A DNA stretch of 50,892 bases, taken from contig CAYJUT010000001.1 of assembly GCA_964373415.1 (NCBI GenBank), positions 1-50,892 of the forward strand, read 5' to 3'. The position numbers and the translations under genes were made by a program. Numbering within the stretch: position 1 is the stretch's first letter; every line of letters starts with the position of its first letter. The notes below the pieces were generated by a model. It saw only the letters and a program-made list of their open reading frames with translations. It had not been told where the DNA came from and ran no database searches. The DNA is from an uncultured archaeon (GTDB lineage Archaea > Aenigmatarchaeota > Aenigmatarchaeia > GW2011-AR5). Below are positions 1 to 8,969 of this stretch, one piece after another.

Positions 1-1707
1 TTATTTCAGCATCTTCCTCATTTTTTCCAGCGGTCGCGTGTTTATTACTGAGCCTTTTGTCGCCCAGCCGCGGCGCGCTGTTGCTATTCCTATGCGCATA
101 TGCCTCAGCTGGTCAGCACTGTGCGCATCTGTATCTATCGATAGCCTGCATCCTGCTTCAACTGCCGCTTTGACATTGACATCATTTAAGTCAAGTCTAT
201 TGGGCTGCGCATCTATCTCTAAAACTGTGCCAGTTTCCTTTGCCCTCTCCATTATTTTTTCCATGTCGAGATCTGCACCCTCACGGCTATCGATGAGCCG
301 GGCTGTTGGGTGCGCAAATATATCGACATGCGGATTTTCCATTGCTTTTAGCACGCGTTCCGTAATCTTTTCTCGTGGTTGTTTCAGCGCCGAATGCAGC
401 GAAGCAAGTACTATGTCAAGACTTTTTAGCGCGCCATTATCGATACCAAACCCACCATTAAGGTCTATCGTAACCTCGGCACCCTGCAGTATCGTTATAC
501 CTGCCATCTTGCCATTGAGCCTGTCTATTTCCTTTCTCTGCTGCGCCAGCCTTTTTGCATTAAGCGGGTTGGCAATAGAAGGCTGTACAGCGTGATCCGT
601 TATACAGATATATTCATACCCAAGCTGCTTGGCGGCGCGTGCCATCTCCTCCACGGTGTTGACCCCGTCGCTCCATTTTGTATGCATCTGAAGATCGCCC
701 CTGATATCGTCATAGCCTATTAGATGCGGCAGTTTGCTCTTCTTTGCCAGCTCTATCTCGCCCCTGTTCTCGCGCATCTCCGGTTCAATGTATTGCATAC
801 CAAGTTTCTTGTAAACCCCCTCCTCAGTATGACCTGCAACAAACGTCTTGCCGCTCAAGAGACCATATTCGCTTAGCTTCATGCGCTTGGTTATTGCTAT
901 CTTCCTTAGCTCCACGTTGTGCTCCTTTGAGCCTGTAAAATACATAAGTGCAGACCCGTATTCCTTGTCCGGCAGAACCCTAAGATCAATCTGCATTCCA
1001 TTCGACAGGTTAACAGAGGCCTTCGTCGGCCCAGTCGCTATAATCCTTGAAACGTCCCTCATCTTTGTAAAGTAACTTATGACATCAGAGGGTTTGCTTG
1101 ATGTCACGAGTATGTCTATATCACCTATTGTTTCTCTCATCCGTCTGAGCGAGCCCGCAACATTTATCCTGCTTACATTCTTGTTTTTCTTCATCTCATT
1201 CAAAATTTCATCTGCCAGAATAAGTGCCTGACCAAGCGACATCCTTCCGCCTCTCTTCTTCGCAGACTCTATGGATTTCAATATATTCTCCTCGGTTTTT
1301 GCTCCGAGGGTTGGTATATTCCTTAATCGACCTTCCTTTGCGGCCTTCTCTAGTTCCTTGACGCTCTTTATCTGAAGCTTTTCGTAGAATAACTTGACTT
1401 TCTTGGGTCCTATACCTTCTATTTCGAGAAGGTCGTATAAACCGGGTGGCAAACCTTTCTTTAATGTTTCAAGGTACTTCAATTTGCCTTTATCGAGATA
1501 TTCTTCTATTCTTTCGGCTATTCCTTGGCCAACGCCTGGTATATCATCAAGACTCCCGTCCCTGTATACGTCTTCGATATCTTTTGGAAGTGATTCTATA
1601 GCCTGCGCGGCACGTCTGTAAGCGCGCACCTTGAATACCATCTCGCCCTTTATCTCAAGTAGGTCGGCTATCTCATACAGTAGTTTAGCGATTTCCTGAT
1701 TCTTCAT
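1..1707 (-). CDS. polX: Family X DNA polymerase with C-terminal PHP phosphoesterase domain
   Basis: 568-aa ORF. It has helix-hairpin-helix motifs (GIGPKK), the nucleotidyltransferase core (GDIDILV) and C-terminal PHP His/Asp motifs (HTKWSDG, ITDH, DTDAH). Confidence 0.9.
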   Translation of the reverse strand: MKNQEIAKLLYEIADLLEIKGEMVFKVRAYRRAAQAIESLPKDIEDVYRDGSLDDIPGVGQGIAERIEEYLDKGKLKYLETLKKGLPPGLYDLLEIEGIGPKKVKLFYEKLQIKSVKELEKAAKEGRLRNIPTLGAKTEENILKSIESAKKRGGRMSLGQALILADEILNEMKKNKNVSRINVAGSLRRMRETIGDIDILVTSSKPSDVISYFTKMRDVSRIIATGPTKASVNLSNGMQIDLRVLPDKEYGSALMYFTGSKEHNVELRKIAITKRMKLSEYGLLSGKTFVAGHTEEGVYKKLGMQYIEPEMRENRGEIELAKKSKLPHLIGYDDIRGDLQMHTKWSDGVNTVEEMARAAKQLGYEYICITDHAVQPSIANPLNAKRLAQQRKEIDRLNGKMAGITILQGAEVTIDLNGGFGIDNGALKSLDIVLASLHSALKQPREKITERVLKAMENPHVDIFAHPTARLIDSREGADLDMEKIMERAKETGTVLEIDAQPNRLDLNDVNVKAAVEAGCRLSIDTDAHSADQLRHMRIGIATARRGWATKGSVINTRPLEKMRKMLK

Positions 1708-1768
1708 AATTATCTATATCTATGAAGAGAATAAATCTATATATTGGCAGTCTGATAATTATCAATCT

Positions 1769-2365
1769 ATGATCATAGCGAAAAACTTTACACATGATGA
1801 TAGAACTCAGCTGGTTTCTGATGTGTTCGATAAGTTCCTAAGAAGTCGGGAACTTCACTTGCCGTTCGAAAAGATAGAACTAAACATACGCGACACGACA
1901 ACTTCGATAGTAGAAGATGATAATGCATTAGTTTGCATAGACTATAACAGCCCAGTTGTCGCAGAAAAAGATAAAAAAGGCGTAAGTATGCTCGTATACC
2001 GCGAGCTTTTCCGTCTCATGTTCAAGTTCGATTTGCCGAGATCCGTAGAAGACGTCATAATAGACAAGGAGCTTGTCAAGAGGGGTTTTGGAGACGGTTT
2101 GTTTTATCTTTATTACGTGAGTATGATGAACAAGAATCACGTCACTATAGAAGATTACATAAATCTCAATATTCCATGGATAGTATTCAATAAGCAAGAT
2201 CCGTACAATTCAGATTTCATGAAGAAACTCGCCAAGAAACTATCAAAGAGCAGACCGGAATGTCAGCGCCTTTTTAATTTGCTTCTCAATGTGCCAAAAA
2301 AGGATGTAGAAAAAGCGGCTGCTGAATACAAGAGACTGATGAAGGTGGAAGAATGCAGCTCATAA
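1769..2365 (+). CDS. Hypothetical protein
   Basis: 198-aa ORF with no recognisable motif. It overlaps the next ORF by 13 nt, which suggests an operon. Confidence 0.5.
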   Translation: MIIAKNFTHDDRTQLVSDVFDKFLRSRELHLPFEKIELNIRDTTTSIVEDDNALVCIDYNSPVVAEKDKKGVSMLVYRELFRLMFKFDLPRSVEDVIIDKELVKRGFGDGLFYLYYVSMMNKNHVTIEDYINLNIPWIVFNKQDPYNSDFMKKLAKKLSKSRPECQRLFNLLLNVPKKDVEKAAAEYKRLMKVEECSS

Positions 2366-3165
2366 AATATAAGTGGGATGTCCGTGGCCTGGCTGGCGAG
2401 CCATTCCTAATGGCCAGAGACGGCAGGGAAATAGTTAAGATAAAGCTATTTGACGAGCCAATAAAAATGAAGTTGGGAAAGAGGACATGCATAGGGTACA
2501 CAAAAAATGGTGTGTATTTCGGATGCCCTTCAAAAAGGGTTGTAGAAAACGAGCGTGTTTGCCGTGAGTGTGGGCTTAATGATGATTTTTTCCTTTGCAT
2601 GAAATGCACTGGTGAGGAATGCATAAACGAGCCGCAGCGCCCAGCATGTGTTGAAAACAAGTATTTTTTGTATCTTGCAGCATTCAATTCTATACTAAAG
2701 GTCGGCATCTCTTACGAATTCCGCATAATGGAGAGGTTGATAGAACAGGGTGCTGATATGGGGGCGAAAATAGGTGTGATAAAGGATGGCAAGTTAGCAA
2801 GGACTATCGAACAGAAAGTAAGACGTGAGCTAAATATATGCGATAGGGTTAGTGGATCGGATAAACAAAAGATGCTTTTTGGTAGTCTTAACGTGGCATC
2901 AATAAACATATCCAATGCTTACAACAAACTAAAATGTAATGGTTTATCACCTTACCTGATAAATCCCGAGGTATACAATCTACAAAATATTTACAGGCTT
3001 TCTTCAGTTTCTAATATGCCATCATTTTTCGAAGTGAAAGAAGGTGCAGTTGTATCGGGTAATGTGATAGCAGCAAAGGGTAATATACTCGTAATCAATA
3101 ACAGCTCCGGATTGTTTTCTGTAAATGCAAGCAAGTTAGTATGTTGTGATATAGAACTGAATTAG
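2353..3165 (+). CDS. Cys-rich zinc-ribbon protein, DUF2797-like
   Basis: 270-aa ORF with the cysteine cluster CRECG..CMKCTGEEC followed by LKVGIS..R..EQGA. The DUF2797 assignment comes from memory of the family pattern and was not searched. Confidence 0.5.
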   Translation: MQLIKYKWDVRGLAGEPFLMARDGREIVKIKLFDEPIKMKLGKRTCIGYTKNGVYFGCPSKRVVENERVCRECGLNDDFFLCMKCTGEECINEPQRPACVENKYFLYLAAFNSILKVGISYEFRIMERLIEQGADMGAKIGVIKDGKLARTIEQKVRRELNICDRVSGSDKQKMLFGSLNVASINISNAYNKLKCNGLSPYLINPEVYNLQNIYRLSSVSNMPSFFEVKEGAVVSGNVIAAKGNILVINNSSGLFSVNASKLVCCDIELN

Positions 3166-3174
3166 TTGGTCGCC

Positions 3175-3540
3175 ATGTGGAAAGGTGTAATAATAGAGGA
3201 GAGTCTGGACGATATAACACTGCTCGACATGGTAACAGAAGTTGGTTACCTGGAAAGTCTGCTTGAGGGGGATGGCAGAGAAATGCACTTCCATCAGTTT
3301 GAGATAGCCAACGATAAGAAGGACCAATTTGTCACAGCAGCAAAAAAATCCATCAAGGAAGGCTGGTATATTCACATCTGCAGAGATGGGAAGATGATGA
3401 TTATATTCAAGGACATGGCATTTGAATTTACAGAAGACGAAAAGGAAGAAATACAAAAGGCAAAAGAATACGGTATGTCAGTTGGGGTCTTAAAAGATCA
3501 GCTAGAGATTGAAAATCTGATACGTAATCCTTTTGATTAA
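3175..3540 (+). CDS. Hypothetical protein
   Basis: The ORF directly follows the previous stop. The tracker start at 3166 is TTG, and the first ATG is at 3175. Confidence 0.45.
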   Translation: MWKGVIIEESLDDITLLDMVTEVGYLESLLEGDGREMHFHQFEIANDKKDQFVTAAKKSIKEGWYIHICRDGKMMIIFKDMAFEFTEDEKEEIQKAKEYGMSVGVLKDQLEIENLIRNPFD

Positions 3541-4190
3541 ATTCGCTTGTTTTCTGAGAGAAAATTCATCATCTGCTTGATGAGAAAATCGATGCCGTTC
3601 TTCTTTGGCGATCCATGGCCTGGCAAAAGGTACTCCACATTAAGCTTCGAAAGTCCTCTGAGCGATTCAACCAACTGCTCGTGATCGCCGCCAGGCAGGT
3701 CTGTCCTGCCAACCGCGCTGTCAAAAAGCGTGTCGCCGGATATAAGTATTTTCTTCTCTTTTTCATAAAGAGATATGGACCCAGGCGTATGACCCGGCGT
3801 GTGCATCACTTCGAAATTAAAATTTGTTGTATTTACAGTGCTGCCTGTGCGCAGGACTTTTTCAAGTGTCGTTATCCTTGCCTGTTGTCCAAACAGCTCA
3901 GCCATAGTTCCGTTACCCGTCTCAAGTGCTTTCTTATCAGCAGAATGTATTGTAATCTGGAGCTTCAGCCAGTCGCGGAATTTCTTGTTGCCGCCGGTAT
4001 GGTCAAAATGACAGTGAGTATTAACCAGTAATTTTATGTTCTTTGGATCGCATAAGCCTTCTATCTGACTTTTCATCTCAGCAAAATGAAATCCTGTGCC
4101 TGCATCAATGAGCAACTCACCGTCTATAAGATAAACGTTGCAGTCAGGCTCTACGCCGCTAAGAAGCTCTATCCACTTATAGACCTGCAT
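3537..4190 (-). CDS. MBL-fold metallo-hydrolase (glyoxalase II-like)
   Basis: It carries the HxHxDH motif (HCHFDHTGG) and downstream HTPGHTPG. The tracker start at 4223 is TTG, so the ATG at 4190 (MQVYKW..) is preferred. Confidence 0.85.
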   Translation of the reverse strand: MQVYKWIELLSGVEPDCNVYLIDGELLIDAGTGFHFAEMKSQIEGLCDPKNIKLLVNTHCHFDHTGGNKKFRDWLKLQITIHSADKKALETGNGTMAELFGQQARITTLEKVLRTGSTVNTTNFNFEVMHTPGHTPGSISLYEKEKKILISGDTLFDSAVGRTDLPGGDHEQLVESLRGLSKLNVEYLLPGHGSPKKNGIDFLIKQMMNFLSENKRI

Positions 4191-4250
4191 GAAAAGAGTA
4201 TCACGCAAATTCTTAAGAAGCAATAAGATAAGTAAAATCTGGCTTCCAGA

Positions 4251-5105
4251 TCAGTTTTTCCATTCTTTGAGAGCCTGTTCGTAGCCCTTCGATGTACCAA
4301 CGTCAAACGTGACGCCATCATGCAAGAATCCGACAAGCTGTTCTTCTTTGCTTAATTTACTGAAAAGTTCTTCTATCATCATTTTCCTTTTAGGAACCAT
4401 ACTGGTAGTTTGCTGGTCGAATACACAAAGTCCGGCATTTATCAGCCTTGAAGGAGCATTTTTTATAGTCGGTTTTTCAACGAATTTTAGTATCTGGTTA
4501 CCCCTCATCTTAACAACGCCGAAATGACTCGGATCGGAAACGGTTGTGAGCATGACAGTAGCCAGTTTTTTGTTTTTTTTGTGAAACTCATACATGTCGT
4601 ATATATTTGGGTCCATAAGAGTGTCTACATTAAGAAATAGAAATGGCTTTTTAATGTACTCTCTGGCGAGACTTATGGAGCCTGCTGTCCCCATTGGTTT
4701 CTCCTCGACCAGATACGTTATATCAACACCAAACCTTCTGCCGTTGCCAAAATATTCTATTATCTTGTCATTCATGTAATTGACGGAAAGAAGTATATTT
4801 GTTATATCGTGTCTCTTGAGAAGGTTTATCTGATGCTCAAGTATAGGTTTGCCTCTTATAGGTATTAACGGTTTAGGTATTTCATATGTTATAGGCCTGA
4901 GATTTACACCTTCGCCGCCGGCCATTATAAGAGCTGTGTCCAGACCTGTCTTTACGAGAGATTTTACAAGCATGTTCTCTATCGCATGGGAGCGGTTTCT
5001 CACATCCCGTCCGTCTATCATGCTGTCTATGCGACGAAGTATGTCTTTCTTTATTGTTATAGTTACTCTGTCTACCATAAAACCACATTTTAATTTTCGT
5101 ACCAT
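4251..5105 (-). CDS. Ribbon-helix-helix (CopG-like) domain fused to a sugar-phosphate nucleotidyltransferase
   Basis: The N-terminus VTITIKKDILRRIDSMIDG..RNRSHAIENMLVKSL fits a ribbon-helix-helix (RHH) pattern. It is followed by the NTP-transferase signature IMAGGEGVNLRPITYEIPKPLIPIRGKPILEH. Confidence 0.8.
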   Translation of the reverse strand: MVRKLKCGFMVDRVTITIKKDILRRIDSMIDGRDVRNRSHAIENMLVKSLVKTGLDTALIMAGGEGVNLRPITYEIPKPLIPIRGKPILEHQINLLKRHDITNILLSVNYMNDKIIEYFGNGRRFGVDITYLVEEKPMGTAGSISLAREYIKKPFLFLNVDTLMDPNIYDMYEFHKKNKKLATVMLTTVSDPSHFGVVKMRGNQILKFVEKPTIKNAPSRLINAGLCVFDQQTTSMVPKRKMMIEELFSKLSKEEQLVGFLHDGVTFDVGTSKGYEQALKEWKN

Positions 5106-5187
5106 TATAGCTTTAATAAAAGTATGAAGAAGTATGAAGATGAAGATATTTAAACCATTTAGCTAATTATATCGAAGGGTTTTTAGA
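5106..5187. promoter_or_regulatory. Divergent intergenic promoter region with a TATA-like box
   Basis: AT-rich spacer between divergent genes. ATATTTAAA at 5146-5154 lies about 35-40 nt upstream of the ATG at 5188. A 10-bp tandem duplication AGTATGAAGA x2 sits at 5121-5140. Confidence 0.3.
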
Positions 5188-6210
5188 ATGATAGTAAGAA
5201 GCCGTTCGCCATTAAGAATCTCGTTTGCAGGAGGCGGAACGGATATACCACCATACTGCAATGAACGTGGCGGGGCGGTAATTTCGGCCGCTATAAACAA
5301 GTATTCATACGCGGCACTAGAAACGCGTCAGGACAAGGAAATTCATATAGAATCAGTAGATTTTCTGAAAAGCTTGCACTTCAGAAACATGGCAGAAATA
5401 ACGTACGACAATGAGTTAGATGTTCTAAAGGCTGTAATAAAACACCTAAACACGTCAGGCCGGGGGGCAAATATATGGATGAGAAGTGATGTCCCACCAC
5501 GTGCAGGTTTAGGTGCGTCTGCTGCAGCATTTGCAGCCATGATAGGCCTGTTCAACCATATGCGTGCTGAGAGAAGTTTAACCAATTATGACATAGCCGA
5601 ACTTGCGTACAAACTGGAACGTGAGGAACTGAAGATAGGTGGTGGCTATCAAGATCAATATGCAACTGTTTTCGGCGGGATAAATTTTATTGAATTCGGA
5701 CCAAGAGGCGCTCGAGTAAACCAGCTAAAAATGAAAAAGGATCATGTACTTGAATTGGAAAAGCATTTAGTTCTTGTCTATACGAGAGACAGAACAGTGA
5801 GTGGCGACATAATCGAAACTGAAAAGAAGGGTTGGAAAGAGAATAAAGTTCTGTCAGACGCGCTTGACAAAACAAAGGAACTATCAATAGAAATAAGGTA
5901 TGCACTTATGCGTGGAGATTTTTTGAGGTTTGGAGAACTGCTCAACGAGGCATGGGAAGCCAAGAAGAAACACTCCTCTATGATAACAAATAATTACATA
6001 AACGATATTTACGATCTTGCCATGAAGAATGGCGCTCTTGGCGGCAAAATATCAGGCGCGGGGGCAGGAGGCTTCATGTTTTTCTACTGCGAACCCAACA
6101 AGGAGCATAAAGTAATATCCGCGCTGCAGACTGTCGGCATAGTTCCAGTATCATTCACCTTCGATTTTGAAGGATTACAGACATGGGAACCAAACAACAA
6201 AGTGATTTGA
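5188..6210 (+). CDS. hddA: GHMP-family sugar kinase, D-glycero-alpha-D-manno-heptose 7-phosphate kinase-like
   Basis: The N-terminus RSPLRISFAGGGTDIPPY and the GHMP motif PPRAGLGASAA are present. Genomic context is gmhA and gmhB-hddC. Confidence 0.8.
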   Translation: MIVRSRSPLRISFAGGGTDIPPYCNERGGAVISAAINKYSYAALETRQDKEIHIESVDFLKSLHFRNMAEITYDNELDVLKAVIKHLNTSGRGANIWMRSDVPPRAGLGASAAAFAAMIGLFNHMRAERSLTNYDIAELAYKLEREELKIGGGYQDQYATVFGGINFIEFGPRGARVNQLKMKKDHVLELEKHLVLVYTRDRTVSGDIIETEKKGWKENKVLSDALDKTKELSIEIRYALMRGDFLRFGELLNEAWEAKKKHSSMITNNYINDIYDLAMKNGALGGKISGAGAGGFMFFYCEPNKEHKVISALQTVGIVPVSFTFDFEGLQTWEPNNKVI

Positions 6211-6788
6211 TGACTTATTTAGAAGAAAAAATTAGCCTTCACAGGGAAATGGTAGATAAAATTAATTTAAGCGAAATAGAAGCGGTAGCCATTGCCATAA
6301 TAAATTGTTACAAGAACGGTAATAAGTTGCTGATATTCGGCAATGGTGGCTCTGCGGCCGATGCGATGCATTTTGCCGCTGAATTCGAGGGCCAGTTGTC
6401 TTCTATTGATAATGGAAGGAAACCATTGAGCGCCATAACACCATTTAACATTTCAGCCCTGACCGCGATAAGCAACGACTACAGTTACGACAATAGCTTT
6501 GAGAGATTTGTGCGTGCAAATGCAACAAAAGGTGATATTGTTATAGGCATAAGCACAAGCGGCAACTCAAAAAATGTTATAGCGGCAATAAAGGCTGCAA
6601 AGGATATAGGTGCAACCACAATAGGATTCACAGGTAACGACGGCGGTACCTTGGGATCTATTTCAGACGTTTTGCTTAACGTCCCTGTTTCCAACGTCTC
6701 AATAATACAAGAGGGCCATATAATCGCCTATCACAGGGTTTGCGCACTGGTAGTGAAAGAACTGTTCGGCTATGACGCGCTAAGGTGA
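6210..6788 (+). CDS. gmhA: Phosphoheptose (sedoheptulose-7-phosphate) isomerase, SIS domain
   Basis: It carries the motifs LIFGNGGSAADAMHFAAEF and GISTSGNSKNV. The ATG at 6210 overlaps the hddA stop as TGATG. Confidence 0.85.
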   Translation: MTYLEEKISLHREMVDKINLSEIEAVAIAIINCYKNGNKLLIFGNGGSAADAMHFAAEFEGQLSSIDNGRKPLSAITPFNISALTAISNDYSYDNSFERFVRANATKGDIVIGISTSGNSKNVIAAIKAAKDIGATTIGFTGNDGGTLGSISDVLLNVPVSNVSIIQEGHIIAYHRVCALVVKELFGYDALR

Positions 6789-6792
6789 TTAT

Positions 6793-8049
6793 ATGAGAAG
6801 AGCTGTTTTTCTGGATAGAGACGGGACCATAACAAAATCTGATGGTTATTTCTACAAGCATGAGCAGCTCGAATTTATTGACAATCTTGCCGCCTCAATA
6901 AAAATTCTCAACAAAAACTTTCTGGTAATATTAATCACAAACCAGCCAGTTGTAGCACGCGGCCTTTGCACCGAAGAAGATGTCAAAAGGCTACACGACG
7001 AGCTCGTAGAAGATATGAGAAAGAAGGGCGCTAAAATAGACGCAATTTATTTTTGTCCACATCATCCAGAACAACATTCGGACGTGCCGGAGCATGCAAA
7101 AAAATATAGGGTCAAATGTGACTGTCGTAAACCAGGAACGGCCCTGATAGAACATGCCATAAAAGATTTTGACATAGAAATAAGTAAAAGTTTTTTCATA
7201 GGTGACACGACACGAGATGTTCAGACGGCAAAAAATATTGACTGTGTTTCAATACTAGTAAGAACTGGACAAGCTGGAAAGGATGGCAAATATGATGCTG
7301 TGCCTGAATATGAATGTCATGACTTTCACGAAGCTGCAAAGCTCGTAGATGACTTATCAAATATAGGCTCCGTTGTACTTGTCGGTGGCATTGGTGAGAG
7401 GCTAAGACCTTTAACTTATGAAATGCCAAAGCCCATGTTGCCAATAAGAGGGCTGCCAATTTTAGAGCATCAAGTACGTCTTTTGAAAAAATATGGAATA
7501 ACAAAAATTGTTGTGTGCGGATATTATCTTTTTGACAGGATACGTGAGTATTTTGGAGATGGGTCTAAATTTGGCGTAGATATACAGTACGTAGAGGAAC
7601 CAAGTCCACTCGGAACAGGCGGAGCGCTAAAGAATGCGAAAAACAGGATAAAATGGGATAATTTTATTTTACTTAATGGAGACATCGCAACAAACCTGAA
7701 ACTGTCAAATCTAGTTACGTTTCACATGAAGAAAAAATCACTAGCAACACAAGTACTTCGCGTAAGCGACCATCCAATGGATAGCGACGCAGTAGAAATA
7801 GACGAGGAATCAAGAATAGTTAAGTTCTTGGGTAAGGGACAGGAAGGTATTAAAACATGCAATACTGGAATAGCGATGTTATCAAGAGATTTCTTAGATC
7901 TTATACCAGACGGTGTTAGCAATCTTGAAAAAGACACACTGTCAAGGGTCATCTCATACAAGAACGTATATGGTTACGTCAGCGATGACTATTTTAAAGA
8001 TGTTGGAACAATAGAAAGGTACGAAAAGGCGCAGAGGGAGTTTCCATGA
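6793..8049 (+). CDS. gmhB/hddC: Fusion of D,D-heptose 1,7-bisphosphate phosphatase (HAD-IIIA) and heptose-1-phosphate guanylyltransferase-like NTP transferase
   Basis: The N-terminal half has FLDRDGTI and the zinc motif CPHHPE..C.CRKPG. The C-terminal half has VGGIGERLRPLTYEMPKPMLPIRGLPILEH. An SD-like AAGGTGAT lies upstream. Confidence 0.85.
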   Translation: MRRAVFLDRDGTITKSDGYFYKHEQLEFIDNLAASIKILNKNFLVILITNQPVVARGLCTEEDVKRLHDELVEDMRKKGAKIDAIYFCPHHPEQHSDVPEHAKKYRVKCDCRKPGTALIEHAIKDFDIEISKSFFIGDTTRDVQTAKNIDCVSILVRTGQAGKDGKYDAVPEYECHDFHEAAKLVDDLSNIGSVVLVGGIGERLRPLTYEMPKPMLPIRGLPILEHQVRLLKKYGITKIVVCGYYLFDRIREYFGDGSKFGVDIQYVEEPSPLGTGGALKNAKNRIKWDNFILLNGDIATNLKLSNLVTFHMKKKSLATQVLRVSDHPMDSDAVEIDEESRIVKFLGKGQEGIKTCNTGIAMLSRDFLDLIPDGVSNLEKDTLSRVISYKNVYGYVSDDYFKDVGTIERYEKAQREFP

Positions 8050-8969
8050 AAATTTTAGTAACAGGCGGGGCTGGGTTCATAGGTAGCAATCTAGTTGAAA
8101 AGCTGGTCGCGGATGGGCATTCTGTTGCTGTTCTTGATAATTTCTCTATGGGCAAAATTGGCAACCTGAATTCAGTAAAGAATAAGGTAAATGTCATAAA
8201 AGGTGATATAAGAGACTTTGAAACCGTGAAGAACGCCACAAAAGGCGTTGATATTGTCTTTAATCAGGCAGCTGCATCATCTTCTCCAATGTTTATTAGT
8301 GATCTAAGAAATGCTGTATCTGTGAACATAGATGGTTTTATAAACATACTTAATGCATGCAGGATAAACGATGTCAAAAAACTGATTTACGCTTCCACAT
8401 CATCCCTTTATGGGAATATAAAACCGCCACTAAAAGAAGATGCAAAATTGGAGCCTGTTAATTTTTATGCCTCAACCAAGCTGCTAAATGAGCATCTGGC
8501 AATAATTTTTTCTCGGCAATATGGTTTGGAGTCAGTTGGATTCAGATACCTAAGCATATACGGGCCTAATGAAAAATCGAAAGGCATATATGCCAATCTT
8601 GCTTCGCAGTTTTTATGGGCGATGCAAAAAGGCGAACAGCCAGTTGTTTATGGAGACGGCAATCAAACAAGAGAATTTACATTTGTTAAAGATATTGTGA
8701 ATGCCAACGTTCTCGCAATGACCTCAAAGAAAAAATTCGGTAGTACGGTATTTAATGCAGGGACAGGAAAATCCAATTCTCTCAACGAACTAATAGATTC
8801 CATAAACAAACTGCTCGGGAAGTCAATAAAGCCCAAATATGTCAAGAATACAGTAAAAGGTTACATAGATTCACAATTATCTGACATAAGTAAAATAAGA
8901 AAAGAGCTTGGATACGAGCCAAAATACTCGCTGGAACAGGGCTTAAGAGAAATTATAACGTCCCGATAA
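8046..8969 (+). CDS. NAD-dependent sugar 4-epimerase family (SDR)
   Basis: It has GGAGFIGSNL and the YxxxK motif (YASTKLLNE). Its start overlaps the upstream stop as ATGA. Confidence 0.85.
   Translation: MKILVTGGAGFIGSNLVEKLVADGHSVAVLDNFSMGKIGNLNSVKNKVNVIKGDIRDFETVKNATKGVDIVFNQAAASSSPMFISDLRNAVSVNIDGFINILNACRINDVKKLIYASTSSLYGNIKPPLKEDAKLEPVNFYASTKLLNEHLAIIFSRQYGLESVGFRYLSIYGPNEKSKGIYANLASQFLWAMQKGEQPVVYGDGNQTREFTFVKDIVNANVLAMTSKKKFGSTVFNAGTGKSNSLNELIDSINKLLGKSIKPKYVKNTVKGYIDSQLSDISKIRKELGYEPKYSLEQGLREIITSR

Noticed and set aside
38-595. Long antisense or nested ORFs on the track. Examples are 38-595 (+), 42403-42936 (-), 47298-47702 (-), 48815-49492 (-), 44950-45336 (-) and 12846-13325 (+).
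   Set aside because: Each lies fully inside a gene on the other strand that has strong family motifs. Their translations are low-complexity with no recognisable domains, so they look like shadow ORFs.
5121-5146. The tandem AGTATGAAGA x2 (plus a partial TGAAGA) as a possible regulatory repeat.
   Set aside because: It is very short and low in complexity, sits in an AT-rich promoter spacer, and has no second occurrence in the window. It is noted under the RHH-fusion finding only.
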